Positions 9,301-18,245 of a stretch of DNA of 64,000 nt are shown here, in pieces. The notes beneath the pieces were generated by a model. The model searched no databases. It was given only the letters and a program-made list of their open reading frames with translations, and was not told the DNA's origin. The stretch's first letter is position 1, and every line of letters begins with the position of its first letter. Location: contig CAZSSD010000001.1 in the NCBI GenBank assembly GCA_964609765.1, positions 45,282 to 109,281 of the forward strand. The letters run 5' to 3'. Source of the DNA: an uncultured Candidatus Saccharibacteria bacterium. GTDB lineage: Bacteria > Patescibacteriota > Doudnabacteria > UBA920 > 2-02-FULL-46-11. A program made the position numbers and the translations under genes.

Positions 9301-10362
9301 ATGTTTCGGACATTTGATAAGTTGTACGAAAAATTCGCCTATGATATTGGTGTCGATTTGGGCACAGCCAATACCCTTGTCTACGTAAAAAACAAGGGTA
9401 TTGTTATCAATGAGCCATCGGTGGTGGCCATAAATTCGCGCACGAAGCAGATTCTGGCTATCGGCAACGAAGCCCGCCGCATGGTCGGCCGTACGCCGCC
9501 GCATATCGTGGCTACAAGGCCCTTAGTGGACGGGGTTATTTCTGACTTTGAAGTGACGGAACAAATGCTACGTTACTTTATTGGCCGGGTGCAGGCTAAG
9601 GGTTTGTCTTTTTTGCGCCGGCCGCGCGTGGTGGTAGGTATTCCTTCGGGCGTGACGGAAGTGGAAAAAAGGGCCGTGGTCGATGCCACGCTTTCCGCGG
9701 GCGCGCGGCAGGCTTTTTTAATTGAGGAACCTATGGCCGCGGCCATCGGGGCAAGATTACCGGTGGAAGATCCGGCCGGCAGTATGATTGTCGATATTGG
9801 CGGCGGTACTTCTGAAATCGCGGTCATCTCATTGGGCGGTATTGTGGTATCGCGCAGTTTGCGCATTGCCGGCGATGAGATGAATCAAAACATTGTTCAA
9901 TATGTTCGTGACGAATTTAACTTACTGCTGGGCGAGCGTACGGCCGAGGAAGTTAAAATTGCGATCGGCTCGGCTAAAAGTTTGGAGCAGCCTTTAGAAA
10001 CAATTATTCGGGGCCGGGATTTAATTTCGGGACTGCCCAAAGAGGTAAAAATAAATGATTCGCATGTGCGCACCGCCATGGCCCGTTCGGTTAGAATTGT
10101 TGTTAACAATATTAAAACAGCCATTGAAGAAACTCCGCCGGAATTGGTGGCGGACATTATGAACCGCGGCATTGTTTTGGCGGGCGGGGGAGCCTTACTT
10201 CGCAATTTGGATAAGTTGGTGGAAGAAGAAACCAAAATGCCGGTGCGCGTGGCCGAAGATCCCTTGACAGCCGTGGCCCGCGGCGCGGGCATGGTTTTGG
10301 AAGAAATAGACGGTCTGGCCTCGGTGCTGGTGGATACGGAGTTTGAAAAAGTACCTAGATAA
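9301..10362 (+). CDS. mreB: rod shape-determining protein MreB (actin homolog)
   Basis: MFRTF...FAYDIGVDLGTANTLVYV phosphate-1 motif; DIGGGTSEIAVISLGG. Start placed at ATG 9301 rather than at the ORF-track 9283. Confidence 0.9.
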   Translation: MFRTFDKLYEKFAYDIGVDLGTANTLVYVKNKGIVINEPSVVAINSRTKQILAIGNEARRMVGRTPPHIVATRPLVDGVISDFEVTEQMLRYFIGRVQAKGLSFLRRPRVVVGIPSGVTEVEKRAVVDATLSAGARQAFLIEEPMAAAIGARLPVEDPAGSMIVDIGGGTSEIAVISLGGIVVSRSLRIAGDEMNQNIVQYVRDEFNLLLGERTAEEVKIAIGSAKSLEQPLETIIRGRDLISGLPKEVKINDSHVRTAMARSVRIVVNNIKTAIEETPPELVADIMNRGIVLAGGGALLRNLDKLVEEETKMPVRVAEDPLTAVARGAGMVLEEIDGLASVLVDTEFEKVPR

Positions 10363-10375
10363 GCTTCGCTTAAAA

Positions 10376-10480
10376 TCCCAAACCCCAATGCTCAATGACC
10401 AATCAAATTTCAATTCCTAAAATCCCAATTGGCCATTAAGTCATTGAGTAATTTATTGAGCATTAGGGTTTGGTTATTGG
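10376..10480. repeat. long imperfect inverted repeat / stem-loop between mreB and mreC
   Basis: CCCAAACCCCAATGCTCAATGAC ... GTCATTGAGTAATTTATTGAGCATTAGGGTTTGG. About 25-nt arms around a ~40-nt loop; an AAAATCCCAA motif occurs twice. Confidence 0.4.
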
Positions 10481-10496
10481 GAATTCAAAATTTTTT

Positions 10497-11291
10497 ATGC
10501 TTCTTAACACCAAAACGAAATTATTCATAGTCATCGTTATCGTTATTGTTGTTTTTGGCCGTTTGGGCTGGCTTAATCCGGTAGAGAATTTTTTTATCTG
10601 GGTTACCCGTCCCGTTTTTAATGTATCGCGCAATGCCAGTCTGGGTGTCGTAAATTTTTTTTCTAATGTTTTTACGATCGGAGATTTGGAAAACGAAAAC
10701 GCGGATCTCAAACAAAAATTGGTTTTGCTGGAAACCGAAAATGCCAGATTAAAAATTGCCGCCGCCGAAGTGGAAAAATTAGGGCAAGCCCTAAATTTAA
10801 AGGCAAGAACAGGTTTTGTTTTAACGGGGGCAAGGGTGGTCAGTGTGGATCCGACCAGTTTAAATCAAACTTTAGTGGTAGACCGGGGCAGCAATAGCGG
10901 CGTGGTGCTTGCTCAGGCGGTGGTGGACGCCAGCGGGGCCTATGTCGGCCAAGTTACCCGAGTATTAACGAATACGGCCGAAATAACCCTTATTTCCGAT
11001 TTTAGCAGCCGATTGCCGGCCGAAGTGGCTGAAACGGGCGCCAGGGGCATTATCACCGGCCAGCACGGGCTTTCGGTGGCCCTAATTGAGGTCCCGCAGG
11101 GCCAATATTTAAAGGAGGGTGGACGGGTAGTCACTACTGGTTTTACGGTGGGTGTCCCGGCCGGGCTTTTTATAGGATATGTTGATAAATTAAGGACTGG
11201 CGGCAGCGACCTTTTTCAGGAGGCTAATATCGCGCCGGCAGCTGATCTTCGCCAGCTGCGCACGGTTTTTATAATCACCGGCAGCAATTGA
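10497..11291 (+). CDS. mreC: rod shape-determining protein MreC
   Basis: N-terminal TM segment, a coiled-coil (LKQKLVLLETENARLKIAAAEVEKL) and a beta-rich C-terminal domain. Conserved position after mreB. Confidence 0.75.
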   Translation: MLLNTKTKLFIVIVIVIVVFGRLGWLNPVENFFIWVTRPVFNVSRNASLGVVNFFSNVFTIGDLENENADLKQKLVLLETENARLKIAAAEVEKLGQALNLKARTGFVLTGARVVSVDPTSLNQTLVVDRGSNSGVVLAQAVVDASGAYVGQVTRVLTNTAEITLISDFSSRLPAEVAETGARGIITGQHGLSVALIEVPQGQYLKEGGRVVTTGFTVGVPAGLFIGYVDKLRTGGSDLFQEANIAPAADLRQLRTVFIITGSN

Positions 11292-11295
11292 CCGT

Positions 11296-11748
11296 ATGAA
11301 ATATTGGTTTTATATATTTAGCGTTATTGCGCTTCTTATTTTACAGACTGCCATTCTACCTGTTCTATTTAGGAGTTGGCCAACACCGAATATTTTATTG
11401 GTGGCCAGTCTGCTTATTATCCTGATGCATGATCGCGAAGAGCATTTATACACGGCTCTCCTTTGCGGACTGCTTTTAGATTTTATAACACCCGTCCCGA
11501 ACGGCACCTACGCTTTGCTTTTTGTGGGCGCGGCGGCAGTGATGAAGTTTATCTCGAGGCATTGGATCGATCCCGGTCTAAATCTTAAAAGTCTGGGCTT
11601 GATATTGTTCCTGGCGACCGTGGTCTCGCCACTCACAGTCGCCCTGGTTACCGCCGGCTCCCTCTCTTTGGTTTATATTCTTGAACTCGCTTTGCTGACC
11701 CTGCCAACGATATTCATCCTAAGCAAATTACTTTATGTTCGAGCCTGA
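11296..11748 (+). CDS. mreD: rod shape-determining protein MreD (polytopic membrane protein)
   Basis: 150-aa hydrophobic protein in the mreB-mreC-mreD-PBP2 order. Confidence 0.55.
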   Translation: MKYWFYIFSVIALLILQTAILPVLFRSWPTPNILLVASLLIILMHDREEHLYTALLCGLLLDFITPVPNGTYALLFVGAAAVMKFISRHWIDPGLNLKSLGLILFLATVVSPLTVALVTAGSLSLVYILELALLTLPTIFILSKLLYVRA

Positions 11749-13645
11749 CGGTATTGATAATTTAAGCACGCCTGACCTCAACCGGATTTCTATCGAGGAG
11801 GTTTTATTAGATACTGATGCCGACGTGGTACACAGCTCTCTCGAATCCGGCCATAGAAATACCACCAATATCAAAATTTTCGCGGCCCTGGTGTTGGTTG
11901 GATTGCTGGTTATCAGCGGACAACTTATTAATTTGCAAATAGGCCGTGGCGACGATTACAGCGCCGCCGCTGAAAATAATCGCGTGCGCACCATACGCAA
12001 ATTCGCGCCGCGCGGTTTAATTACGGATCGGTACGGCGAGCCCCTGGTTCGCAATATACCAAGTTTTGAATTAGTGGCCATACCGATTGATTTGCCCAAA
12101 GATAATGAAGCGCGCACAGCCCTTTTTAGCGCCGCCGGTCAGGTTATTGGCATAAGCGCTCAAGAAATAGCAGAAAAACTCAATAGTGCCAGCGCCAATT
12201 CTATTGAACCTTTTTTAATTAAGCAATCATTAAGCCAGGATGAGGCTCTTAAACTTGAGGGCTTGGTCCAAAACACGCCGGGCTTCCAAATACAGAGCAC
12301 GCCGATCCGGGAGTATTTAAACGGCCCCGCCTTTTCCAATATTCTCGGTTTTACCGGCAAATTAACGCAGGAGGAATGGGAACAAAAAAGAGCGCAAAAA
12401 TATTTTTTTAATGATATTCTGGGCAAAACCGGCGTGGAGTTGGTATTTGAAGATACTTTGCGCGGCCGCCATGGCGGTACCGAAGTGGAGGTGGACGCCA
12501 GCGGTAAAATTGTCAAAAAAATAAGAGAAGTTGAGCCGCAGACCGGGCATGATGTAACGCTTACCGTAGACGCCGGCTTGCAGCTTTTTATTTATAATGC
12601 TTTGCAGGAAATGCTGGCCGCCCGCCCCGCTTCTTTGGGTGCGGCGGCGGTGGCCTCCAATCCGAAAACGGGCGAGATATTGGCCTTGGTTACCCTGCCC
12701 GGTTTTGATAATAATCTATTCGCCAAAGGTATTAAAACCAGGGAGTATAACGCCCTGGTTTCGAATAAAGCCAAACCAATGTTAAACCGGCCGCTGGCCG
12801 GCTTGTACCCGCCGGGCTCTACCATCAAGCCTTTAATCGCGGCCGCGGCCTTGCAAGAAGGGGTTATTACGCGCCAAACCAAAATAAACGATGAAGGCGT
12901 GATTACGGTCGGCAGTTTTAATTTTTACGGCTGGAAGCGGGAAGGCTTAGGCGTGATGGATGTTATTTCGGCGATTGCCTGGTCATCCGATCCTTTTTTC
13001 TATGTGGTCGGCGGCGGCCATGAAGCCTATGGGATCAGCGGTTTAGGCGTAGATCGCTTAGTGGCCTACTTGCAGAAATTTAATTTTGGGCAGCCCAGCG
13101 GCATTTCATTGCCTGGCGAAGAATCGGGTTTTGTCCCAAGCCAAGCTTGGAAGAAACAAAGGTTTGCCGGCACAGACGAACAGAACTGGTACTTGGGAAA
13201 CACTTATCATCTAAGTATTGGCCAGGGTTATTTTCTGGTTACGCCCCTTCAATTGAATATGTATATTGCGGCCTTGGCCAATGACGGTAAAATGATGAAG
13301 CCGGTTATTGCCGCTACTGAATCGCCGCAACTGCTTAGAGAGGTGGGGATAGAGCAAAAAAATTTGGAGATCGCCCAAGCGGGCATGCGTGAAGTCATTT
13401 TGTCTGGCACGAGCCAGAGCTTAAAGAGCCTGCCGGTTTCGGCGGCGGGCAAAACGGGCACGGCCCAATTTGATGCGAGCGATCTTTCGCGCACTCACGC
13501 TTGGTACACGGCCTACGCACCTTACGAAGATCCGGAAATAGCCATCACCGTGATTGTCGAGGGCGGCGGTGAAGGCAGCTCGACTTCAGTGCCCATTGTG
13601 CGCGAAGCCTTGCGTTGGTATGCGGAACATAGATTGGCAGACTAG
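11735..13645 (+). CDS. mrdA: penicillin-binding protein 2 (elongasome transpeptidase)
   Basis: N-terminal TM segment, dimerisation domain, and transpeptidase motifs STIKP (SxxK), SSD and KTGTA. Follows mreD. Confidence 0.85.
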   Translation: MFEPDGIDNLSTPDLNRISIEEVLLDTDADVVHSSLESGHRNTTNIKIFAALVLVGLLVISGQLINLQIGRGDDYSAAAENNRVRTIRKFAPRGLITDRYGEPLVRNIPSFELVAIPIDLPKDNEARTALFSAAGQVIGISAQEIAEKLNSASANSIEPFLIKQSLSQDEALKLEGLVQNTPGFQIQSTPIREYLNGPAFSNILGFTGKLTQEEWEQKRAQKYFFNDILGKTGVELVFEDTLRGRHGGTEVEVDASGKIVKKIREVEPQTGHDVTLTVDAGLQLFIYNALQEMLAARPASLGAAAVASNPKTGEILALVTLPGFDNNLFAKGIKTREYNALVSNKAKPMLNRPLAGLYPPGSTIKPLIAAAALQEGVITRQTKINDEGVITVGSFNFYGWKREGLGVMDVISAIAWSSDPFFYVVGGGHEAYGISGLGVDRLVAYLQKFNFGQPSGISLPGEESGFVPSQAWKKQRFAGTDEQNWYLGNTYHLSIGQGYFLVTPLQLNMYIAALANDGKMMKPVIAATESPQLLREVGIEQKNLEIAQAGMREVILSGTSQSLKSLPVSAAGKTGTAQFDASDLSRTHAWYTAYAPYEDPEIAITVIVEGGGEGSSTSVPIVREALRWYAEHRLAD

Positions 13646-13708
13646 CTCTTGACACATGGGTTTTCTGCCCCTATCATTACTCCAGCATAATTTTTGGGAG
13701 GGCTAAAC

Positions 13709-14170
13709 ATGATGACAAAAAAATATTATTTGACCGCCGAAGGACTTTCTAAACTCAAAGAAGAGTTGGATTATCTGATCAACGAGCGGCGCCAGGAAAT
13801 TATAGAGCGCATTCAGGAGGCGGTTGCCCACGGCGACCTGTCCGAGAATGCGGACTATGCGCAGGCTAAGGAAGAGCAAGCCTTTGTGGAAGGCCGCATT
13901 CAAGAGCTCGAAGAAATGATTCGCAACGCGGAAATCATTACCCATACCGAGGGCGATCAGGTTAGCATAGGTTCAACCGTAAAAGTGAGTATTGATGGCA
14001 AGGAGTACGAATATACAATTGTCGGTTCCAATGAAGCCAATCCGCGCGAAGGCAAAATTAGTAACGAGTCTTTGGTCGGCCGGGCTATTTTGGGCCGCAA
14101 AAAAGGCGACAAGGTGGAAGTGGCCACACCGGCCGGAGTAAAGGTGTGTGAGATTATAGAAAACTCCTAG
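13709..14170 (+). CDS. greA: transcription elongation factor GreA
   Basis: MMTKKYYLTAEGLSKLKEELDYL...DLSENADY... A GGGAGGG RBS lies upstream of ATG 13709. Confidence 0.9.
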   Translation: MMTKKYYLTAEGLSKLKEELDYLINERRQEIIERIQEAVAHGDLSENADYAQAKEEQAFVEGRIQELEEMIRNAEIITHTEGDQVSIGSTVKVSIDGKEYEYTIVGSNEANPREGKISNESLVGRAILGRKKGDKVEVATPAGVKVCEIIENS

Positions 14171-14204
14171 CCAATATCCCGTGGTCTGTGGTTCGTACAA
14201 AAAC

Positions 14205-14223
14205 AGCCTTAACGGCTTTTTTG
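14205..14223 (+). terminator. greA terminator (AGCCTTAACGGCT plus TTTTTT)
   Basis: Short hairpin followed by a T-run. Confidence 0.6.
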
Positions 14224-14230
14224 TTATTGT

Positions 14231-14259
14231 TTGACATCTTAAAATTTTTCAAGTTTAAT
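14231..14259 (+). promoter_or_regulatory. sigma70-like promoter TTGACA-17 nt-TTTAAT
   Basis: Near-consensus -35 box with 17-nt spacing. Sits upstream of the high-GC ORF. Confidence 0.5.
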
Positions 14260-14417
14260 AACAAGTAAACTCAAGAAGGATTTATGTATTGTTTCAGTCG
14301 GCTGGGCCGCCGACCTGCTGTCGAAAGGCAGACTTACATCCCAACGGGTGGCGATAAGCTGCCCGAGCGAACACCAAACTCGCTCCAAGGGCGTGAGGCC
14401 CTGGAAGGGAGAACAAC

Positions 14418-14903
14418 ATGAGCAGACGAAAGAGCTGGAGAACGAACGGGATCGGCAGCGACCTCTATGCCGTGGTCGAAGCGATCGTCAACCTGAACGC
14501 CTACCTTGGCGGGATCTGGGTCGGCGTGCCGACGCATGGTCTCAGGGTTGAAGAATTCAGAAGCGGCAACCCTTCCGTACTTCGCGTTCGGTTTCCACGC
14601 TGGACCGAGCAAGAGTGGATCGAGCTCGTGCTCTCGGAAGACCAGGAGAATCCCGAACACGCCCGCTGTATCCAAAGGGGCCGGGTGCGCTGCCCTGCGT
14701 TCGGAAAGAGAGTTGGTGAGAAGCAATGGCTGGGATTCGCGTTCGATAACCTCGCCAACTGGTATGGGGGGGCCAGGTTTTTCGACTTCATCAATGCAGA
14801 CAGCGAGGCTCTCGTGCGTCAAGCTTTTGAGGGCCGGGCAAGTGTGCTCGAGCATTGCCACAACATTGCTCTGACAACTCTGGCAGAACTCGAGGGGTTC
14901 TAG
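14418..14903 (+). CDS. hypothetical protein (161 aa) in a high-GC island; probable horizontally acquired ORFan
   Basis: Strong GC3 bias (about 75% G/C at third codon positions) in this frame only. Has a GGAAGGGAG RBS, an upstream promoter and a downstream terminator. The minus-strand ORF 14334..14861 lacks these signals. Confidence 0.5.
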   Translation: MSRRKSWRTNGIGSDLYAVVEAIVNLNAYLGGIWVGVPTHGLRVEEFRSGNPSVLRVRFPRWTEQEWIELVLSEDQENPEHARCIQRGRVRCPAFGKRVGEKQWLGFAFDNLANWYGGARFFDFINADSEALVRQAFEGRASVLEHCHNIALTTLAELEGF

Positions 14904-14934
14904 CAGTAAGTGGCCCGCTGACTGAAACGTACGG

Positions 14935-14968
14935 CACCCGCAGGAAGTCCCTGCGGGTGCGCGTGTTT
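14935..14968 (+). terminator. rho-independent terminator (CACCCGCAGG-aagtc-CCTGCGGGTG plus GCGTGTTTTA)
   Basis: 10-bp GC stem followed by a T-tract. A TATAAT -10 box for lysS follows at 14973. Confidence 0.6.
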
Positions 14969-14985
14969 TATGTTATAATTATTTT

Positions 14986-16467
14986 ATGTCTACACGTCAA
15001 CAGAGCTTGCGGGAGGACAGGTTAAAAAAGATTGAGGATTTAAAAGCGCGCGGGGTTGACCCTTATCCCGTTGATGTTTCGGATGACCGCGAGCCGATTG
15101 GTGATGTATTGTCCGAATTTAAAGATGTGGCCGGTGAACCTGGGTCGACCTTGAACAAACTTGCTACCATCGCCGGCCGGGTGCGATCGATGAGATTGCA
15201 CGGGAAAGTTGCATTTGTTGATTTGGAGGACCAATCAGGCCGCATGCAGGCTATGTTTCGCGCCGATGATGTTGGCGAAGAACAATTTAATGTTTTTGTT
15301 AATGATGTCGATGAGGGTGATTTTATTGAAGCAAGCGGCAGTTTGGGTATCAGCAAAACCGGCGAAAAGTCTATTTTCGCCAACGGTTGGCGGATGCTCA
15401 CAAAATCGATTCGGCCGATCCCGTCTGAATACTACGGCTTAAAGGACGTCGAACAGAGGTTGCGTAAGCGCTATCTTGATTTAATCGCCAACCCGGAAAC
15501 GCGTGAAATGTTCAGGCAAAAATCGAAATTTTGGCAAAGCCTGCGCCAATTTTTGCTGGACAACGGCTTCATGGAAGTGGAGTTGCCGGTTTTGGAATCA
15601 ACGCCCGGCGGCGCCGAAGCCGAGCCTTTCGTTACCCATCATAACGCTCTTGATCGTGATTTTTATCTGCGTATCTCCTTAGAGCTGCCGCTTAAACGGC
15701 TTTTGGTGGGCGGTTATGAAAAAGTTTTTGAAATCGGCCGCATCTTTCGTAACGAAGGTATTGATGCCGAACATCTGCAGGATTATACACAAATGGAGTT
15801 TTATTGGGCTTACGCCGATTATCAGGATTTGATGGTCTTTTTGCGCAAGATGTACCAATATGTAATAGAAAATACTTTCGGTACCCTCAAAACCACTTAC
15901 GACGGTAAGGAAATCGATTGGTCAGGCGAATGGCCGGTGGTCGATTTTTACGATTTATTTGAAAAATATGCCGGCGCTTCACCGGATTTAAGCGAGGCGG
16001 AATTGCGCACGGTGGCCGAGAAAAATGGCATTGATGTCAGCGAAATTTACGGTAAGGGTAAGGTTATCGACGCAATCTATAAACGCAAAGTGCGGCCAAA
16101 TCTAGTCCAACCGCAATTTATGATTAGGCCGCCGGTGGAAATGGAACCGCTGGCCAAGCGCGATCCCGAATTTCCCAACCGCGTGCAGCGTTTGCAGATC
16201 ATGGCCGGCGGTACCGAGCTGGGCAAGGGTTTTTCCGAGCTTAATGACCCTCTTGACCAGCGTGCGCGTTTTGAAGAGCAAATGAAGCTGCGCGAAGTTG
16301 GCGATAAAGAAGCGCAGATGCTGGATGAGGATTACGTGGAAGCTTTGGAGTATGGCATGCCGCCAGCGGCAGGTTTTGGCATATCCGAACGACTATTTGC
16401 GGTGTTGGTTGATAAACCAATCAGAGAGATAGTTTTCTCTCCGCCAATGAAAGACCCCGGGAACTAG
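14986..16467 (+). CDS. lysS: lysyl-tRNA synthetase, class II
   Basis: N-terminal OB-fold anticodon-binding region and class II motifs (FRNEG..., GGxELGxGFSELNDP). Confidence 0.9.
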   Translation: MSTRQQSLREDRLKKIEDLKARGVDPYPVDVSDDREPIGDVLSEFKDVAGEPGSTLNKLATIAGRVRSMRLHGKVAFVDLEDQSGRMQAMFRADDVGEEQFNVFVNDVDEGDFIEASGSLGISKTGEKSIFANGWRMLTKSIRPIPSEYYGLKDVEQRLRKRYLDLIANPETREMFRQKSKFWQSLRQFLLDNGFMEVELPVLESTPGGAEAEPFVTHHNALDRDFYLRISLELPLKRLLVGGYEKVFEIGRIFRNEGIDAEHLQDYTQMEFYWAYADYQDLMVFLRKMYQYVIENTFGTLKTTYDGKEIDWSGEWPVVDFYDLFEKYAGASPDLSEAELRTVAEKNGIDVSEIYGKGKVIDAIYKRKVRPNLVQPQFMIRPPVEMEPLAKRDPEFPNRVQRLQIMAGGTELGKGFSELNDPLDQRARFEEQMKLREVGDKEAQMLDEDYVEALEYGMPPAAGFGISERLFAVLVDKPIREIVFSPPMKDPGN

Positions 16468-16641
16468 GGAACCGAAGGTTCCCTTCCAGCGATCCTGCAC
16501 CCTCCTTGCAAGGTGCCCTCGTCAGGACTCGGGCTAGCCTCGAATAAGCCGCCGCAGCAAAGCTGCTTACCGTCTTATTCTCGGCATTAAACAGCTCGCT
16601 TCGCAAATTAACTTGCTTGCTCGTTTTACTCAAGGAGAATC

Positions 16642-16920
16642 ATGGTGAATTTATCGATTGAACAAATCGCGGAGGAGTTGGGAGCGGGAACAAGATGGCA
16701 GATTCATGATGCCAAACTGTCGGGCAGCTTTATATTTAAAGATTTTAGTGAAGCTTTATCTTTTGTGAACAAGGTATCTTCCGCCGCGCGGGCGGCGAAT
16801 CATCATCCAAATATTTTTATTGAATATAATAGAGTAACGCTAACGCTATGGACGCACAGTGAGAATGGTATCACCGAAAAGGACATTGCGTTAGCTAAAG
16901 AAATTGATAAATATGCTTGA
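16642..16920 (+). CDS. pterin-4a-carbinolamine dehydratase (PCD/DCoH family)
   Basis: ...EALSFVNKVSSAARAANHHPNIFIEYNRVTLTLWTHSENGIT... matches the PCD signature. AAGGAGAA RBS. Confidence 0.8.
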   Translation: MVNLSIEQIAEELGAGTRWQIHDAKLSGSFIFKDFSEALSFVNKVSSAARAANHHPNIFIEYNRVTLTLWTHSENGITEKDIALAKEIDKYA

Positions 16921-18244
16921 TATTAAGTTTATACGCGAAAATCCGGAGGTGGTGAAAAAGGGGATTGCCAGCAAAGGCGCCAATCCCGACTTAATTGATC
17001 GTGCCATAGATGTCGATGCCAGACGGCGCAGTTTGCAAACCCAACTTGATCAAATTAAGGCCGAGAAAAATAAGCTGGGTAAAGAAATAAATAATTTGAG
17101 CGCGGAAGAACGCGACGCCCGCATTGCCGCCCTGCGCGCCCAGGATGTTAAGTCTGAAAGCCTCGAGGACGATCTTAAGAAAGCCCAGGCCGAGCTTAAC
17201 GATTTGCTTTATAATATACCCAATCTACCTGATCCTGATGTGCCGGTTGGCGAAAGCGAGGACCAAAACGTGGTTATCAAAACCGTAGGCGAACCCGCTG
17301 TATTTGATTTTGAATTTGCCGACTATATGGAATTGGCGGGAGAAATGGATCTGGTTGATACGATCACCTCCGCTAAAGTTTCTGGCAGCCGCTTCGGTTA
17401 TATTAAAGGTGCTCTGGCCCGCCTGCAGTTCGCTTTGGGGCAGTTGGTTTTAGACACTCTGACCAATCCCCAGATTGTGGCTCAAATTGCGAACTCGGTT
17501 GATCCGCAGTTGAGCAAAGCCCCGTTTGTGCCGGTGGTACCGCCGGTGATGATTCGGGAAGATGTGTATCTTAAAACAGCGCGTATGGATGCGGATGCCA
17601 AAGAAGAAAGATATTATATTCCCAAGGATGAGCTTTATCTAATTGGCAGCGCTGAACATACTTTAGTGCCGATGTACATGGATGAGGTGATTGATGAATC
17701 TCTGCTGCCTTTACGTTTTATCGGTTATTCTACGGCCTTCCGCCGCGAATCGGGCACTTATGGCAAGGACACCAAGGGCATATTGCGCGTGCATCATTTT
17801 GATAAGTGGGAGATGGAGGTCTTTGCGGATCCAGTTTCGGCGCGCAAAGAGCACGAATTTGCAATCGCTTGTGAAGAGTACTTGGTAAATTTGCTGGAAC
17901 TTCCCTATCAAGTTGTCAATAAGTGTGCGGGCGACATTGGTGGCCCTAACGCGCGCGGCGTAGATATTAACGTCTGGCTGCCCGGCGAAAATAAATACCG
18001 GGAGACGCATACCGCTGATTATATGAGTGACTATCAGGCTCGTCGGCTTAATACCAGAGTACGGCGCAAAGACGGCAGTCTCGAGTTTCTGCATACCATC
18101 GACGCTACGGCATTTGCCATTGGCCGTACCCTCATCGCCATAATCGAGAATTATCAACAGGCAGACGGCAGTATCAAGGTGCCCGACGCTCTTAAACCAT
18201 ACATGCCCACCGATGTTATAAAAGGACCGTGGGGGATGGGATAA
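16913..18244 (+). CDS. serS: seryl-tRNA synthetase
   Basis: MLDIKFIRENPEVV... N-terminal coiled-coil arm; class II core (FRRESGTYGKDTKGILRVHHF). Confidence 0.9.
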   Translation: MLDIKFIRENPEVVKKGIASKGANPDLIDRAIDVDARRRSLQTQLDQIKAEKNKLGKEINNLSAEERDARIAALRAQDVKSESLEDDLKKAQAELNDLLYNIPNLPDPDVPVGESEDQNVVIKTVGEPAVFDFEFADYMELAGEMDLVDTITSAKVSGSRFGYIKGALARLQFALGQLVLDTLTNPQIVAQIANSVDPQLSKAPFVPVVPPVMIREDVYLKTARMDADAKEERYYIPKDELYLIGSAEHTLVPMYMDEVIDESLLPLRFIGYSTAFRRESGTYGKDTKGILRVHHFDKWEMEVFADPVSARKEHEFAIACEEYLVNLLELPYQVVNKCAGDIGGPNARGVDINVWLPGENKYRETHTADYMSDYQARRLNTRVRRKDGSLEFLHTIDATAFAIGRTLIAIIENYQQADGSIKVPDALKPYMPTDVIKGPWGMG

Positions 18245-18245
18245 T

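Noticed and set aside
10521-10560. GTTATC-type short tandem repeats, considered as a possible CRISPR or VNTR.
   Set aside because: They lie inside mreC, encoding the FIVIVIVIVV TM segment; no spacer-repeat architecture. No CRISPR array was found anywhere in the window.
14334-14861. 175-aa minus-strand ORF overlapping the high-GC island.
   Set aside because: Promoter, RBS, terminator and GC3 periodicity all support the + strand ORF 14418..14903; the minus ORF is a high-GC artefact.
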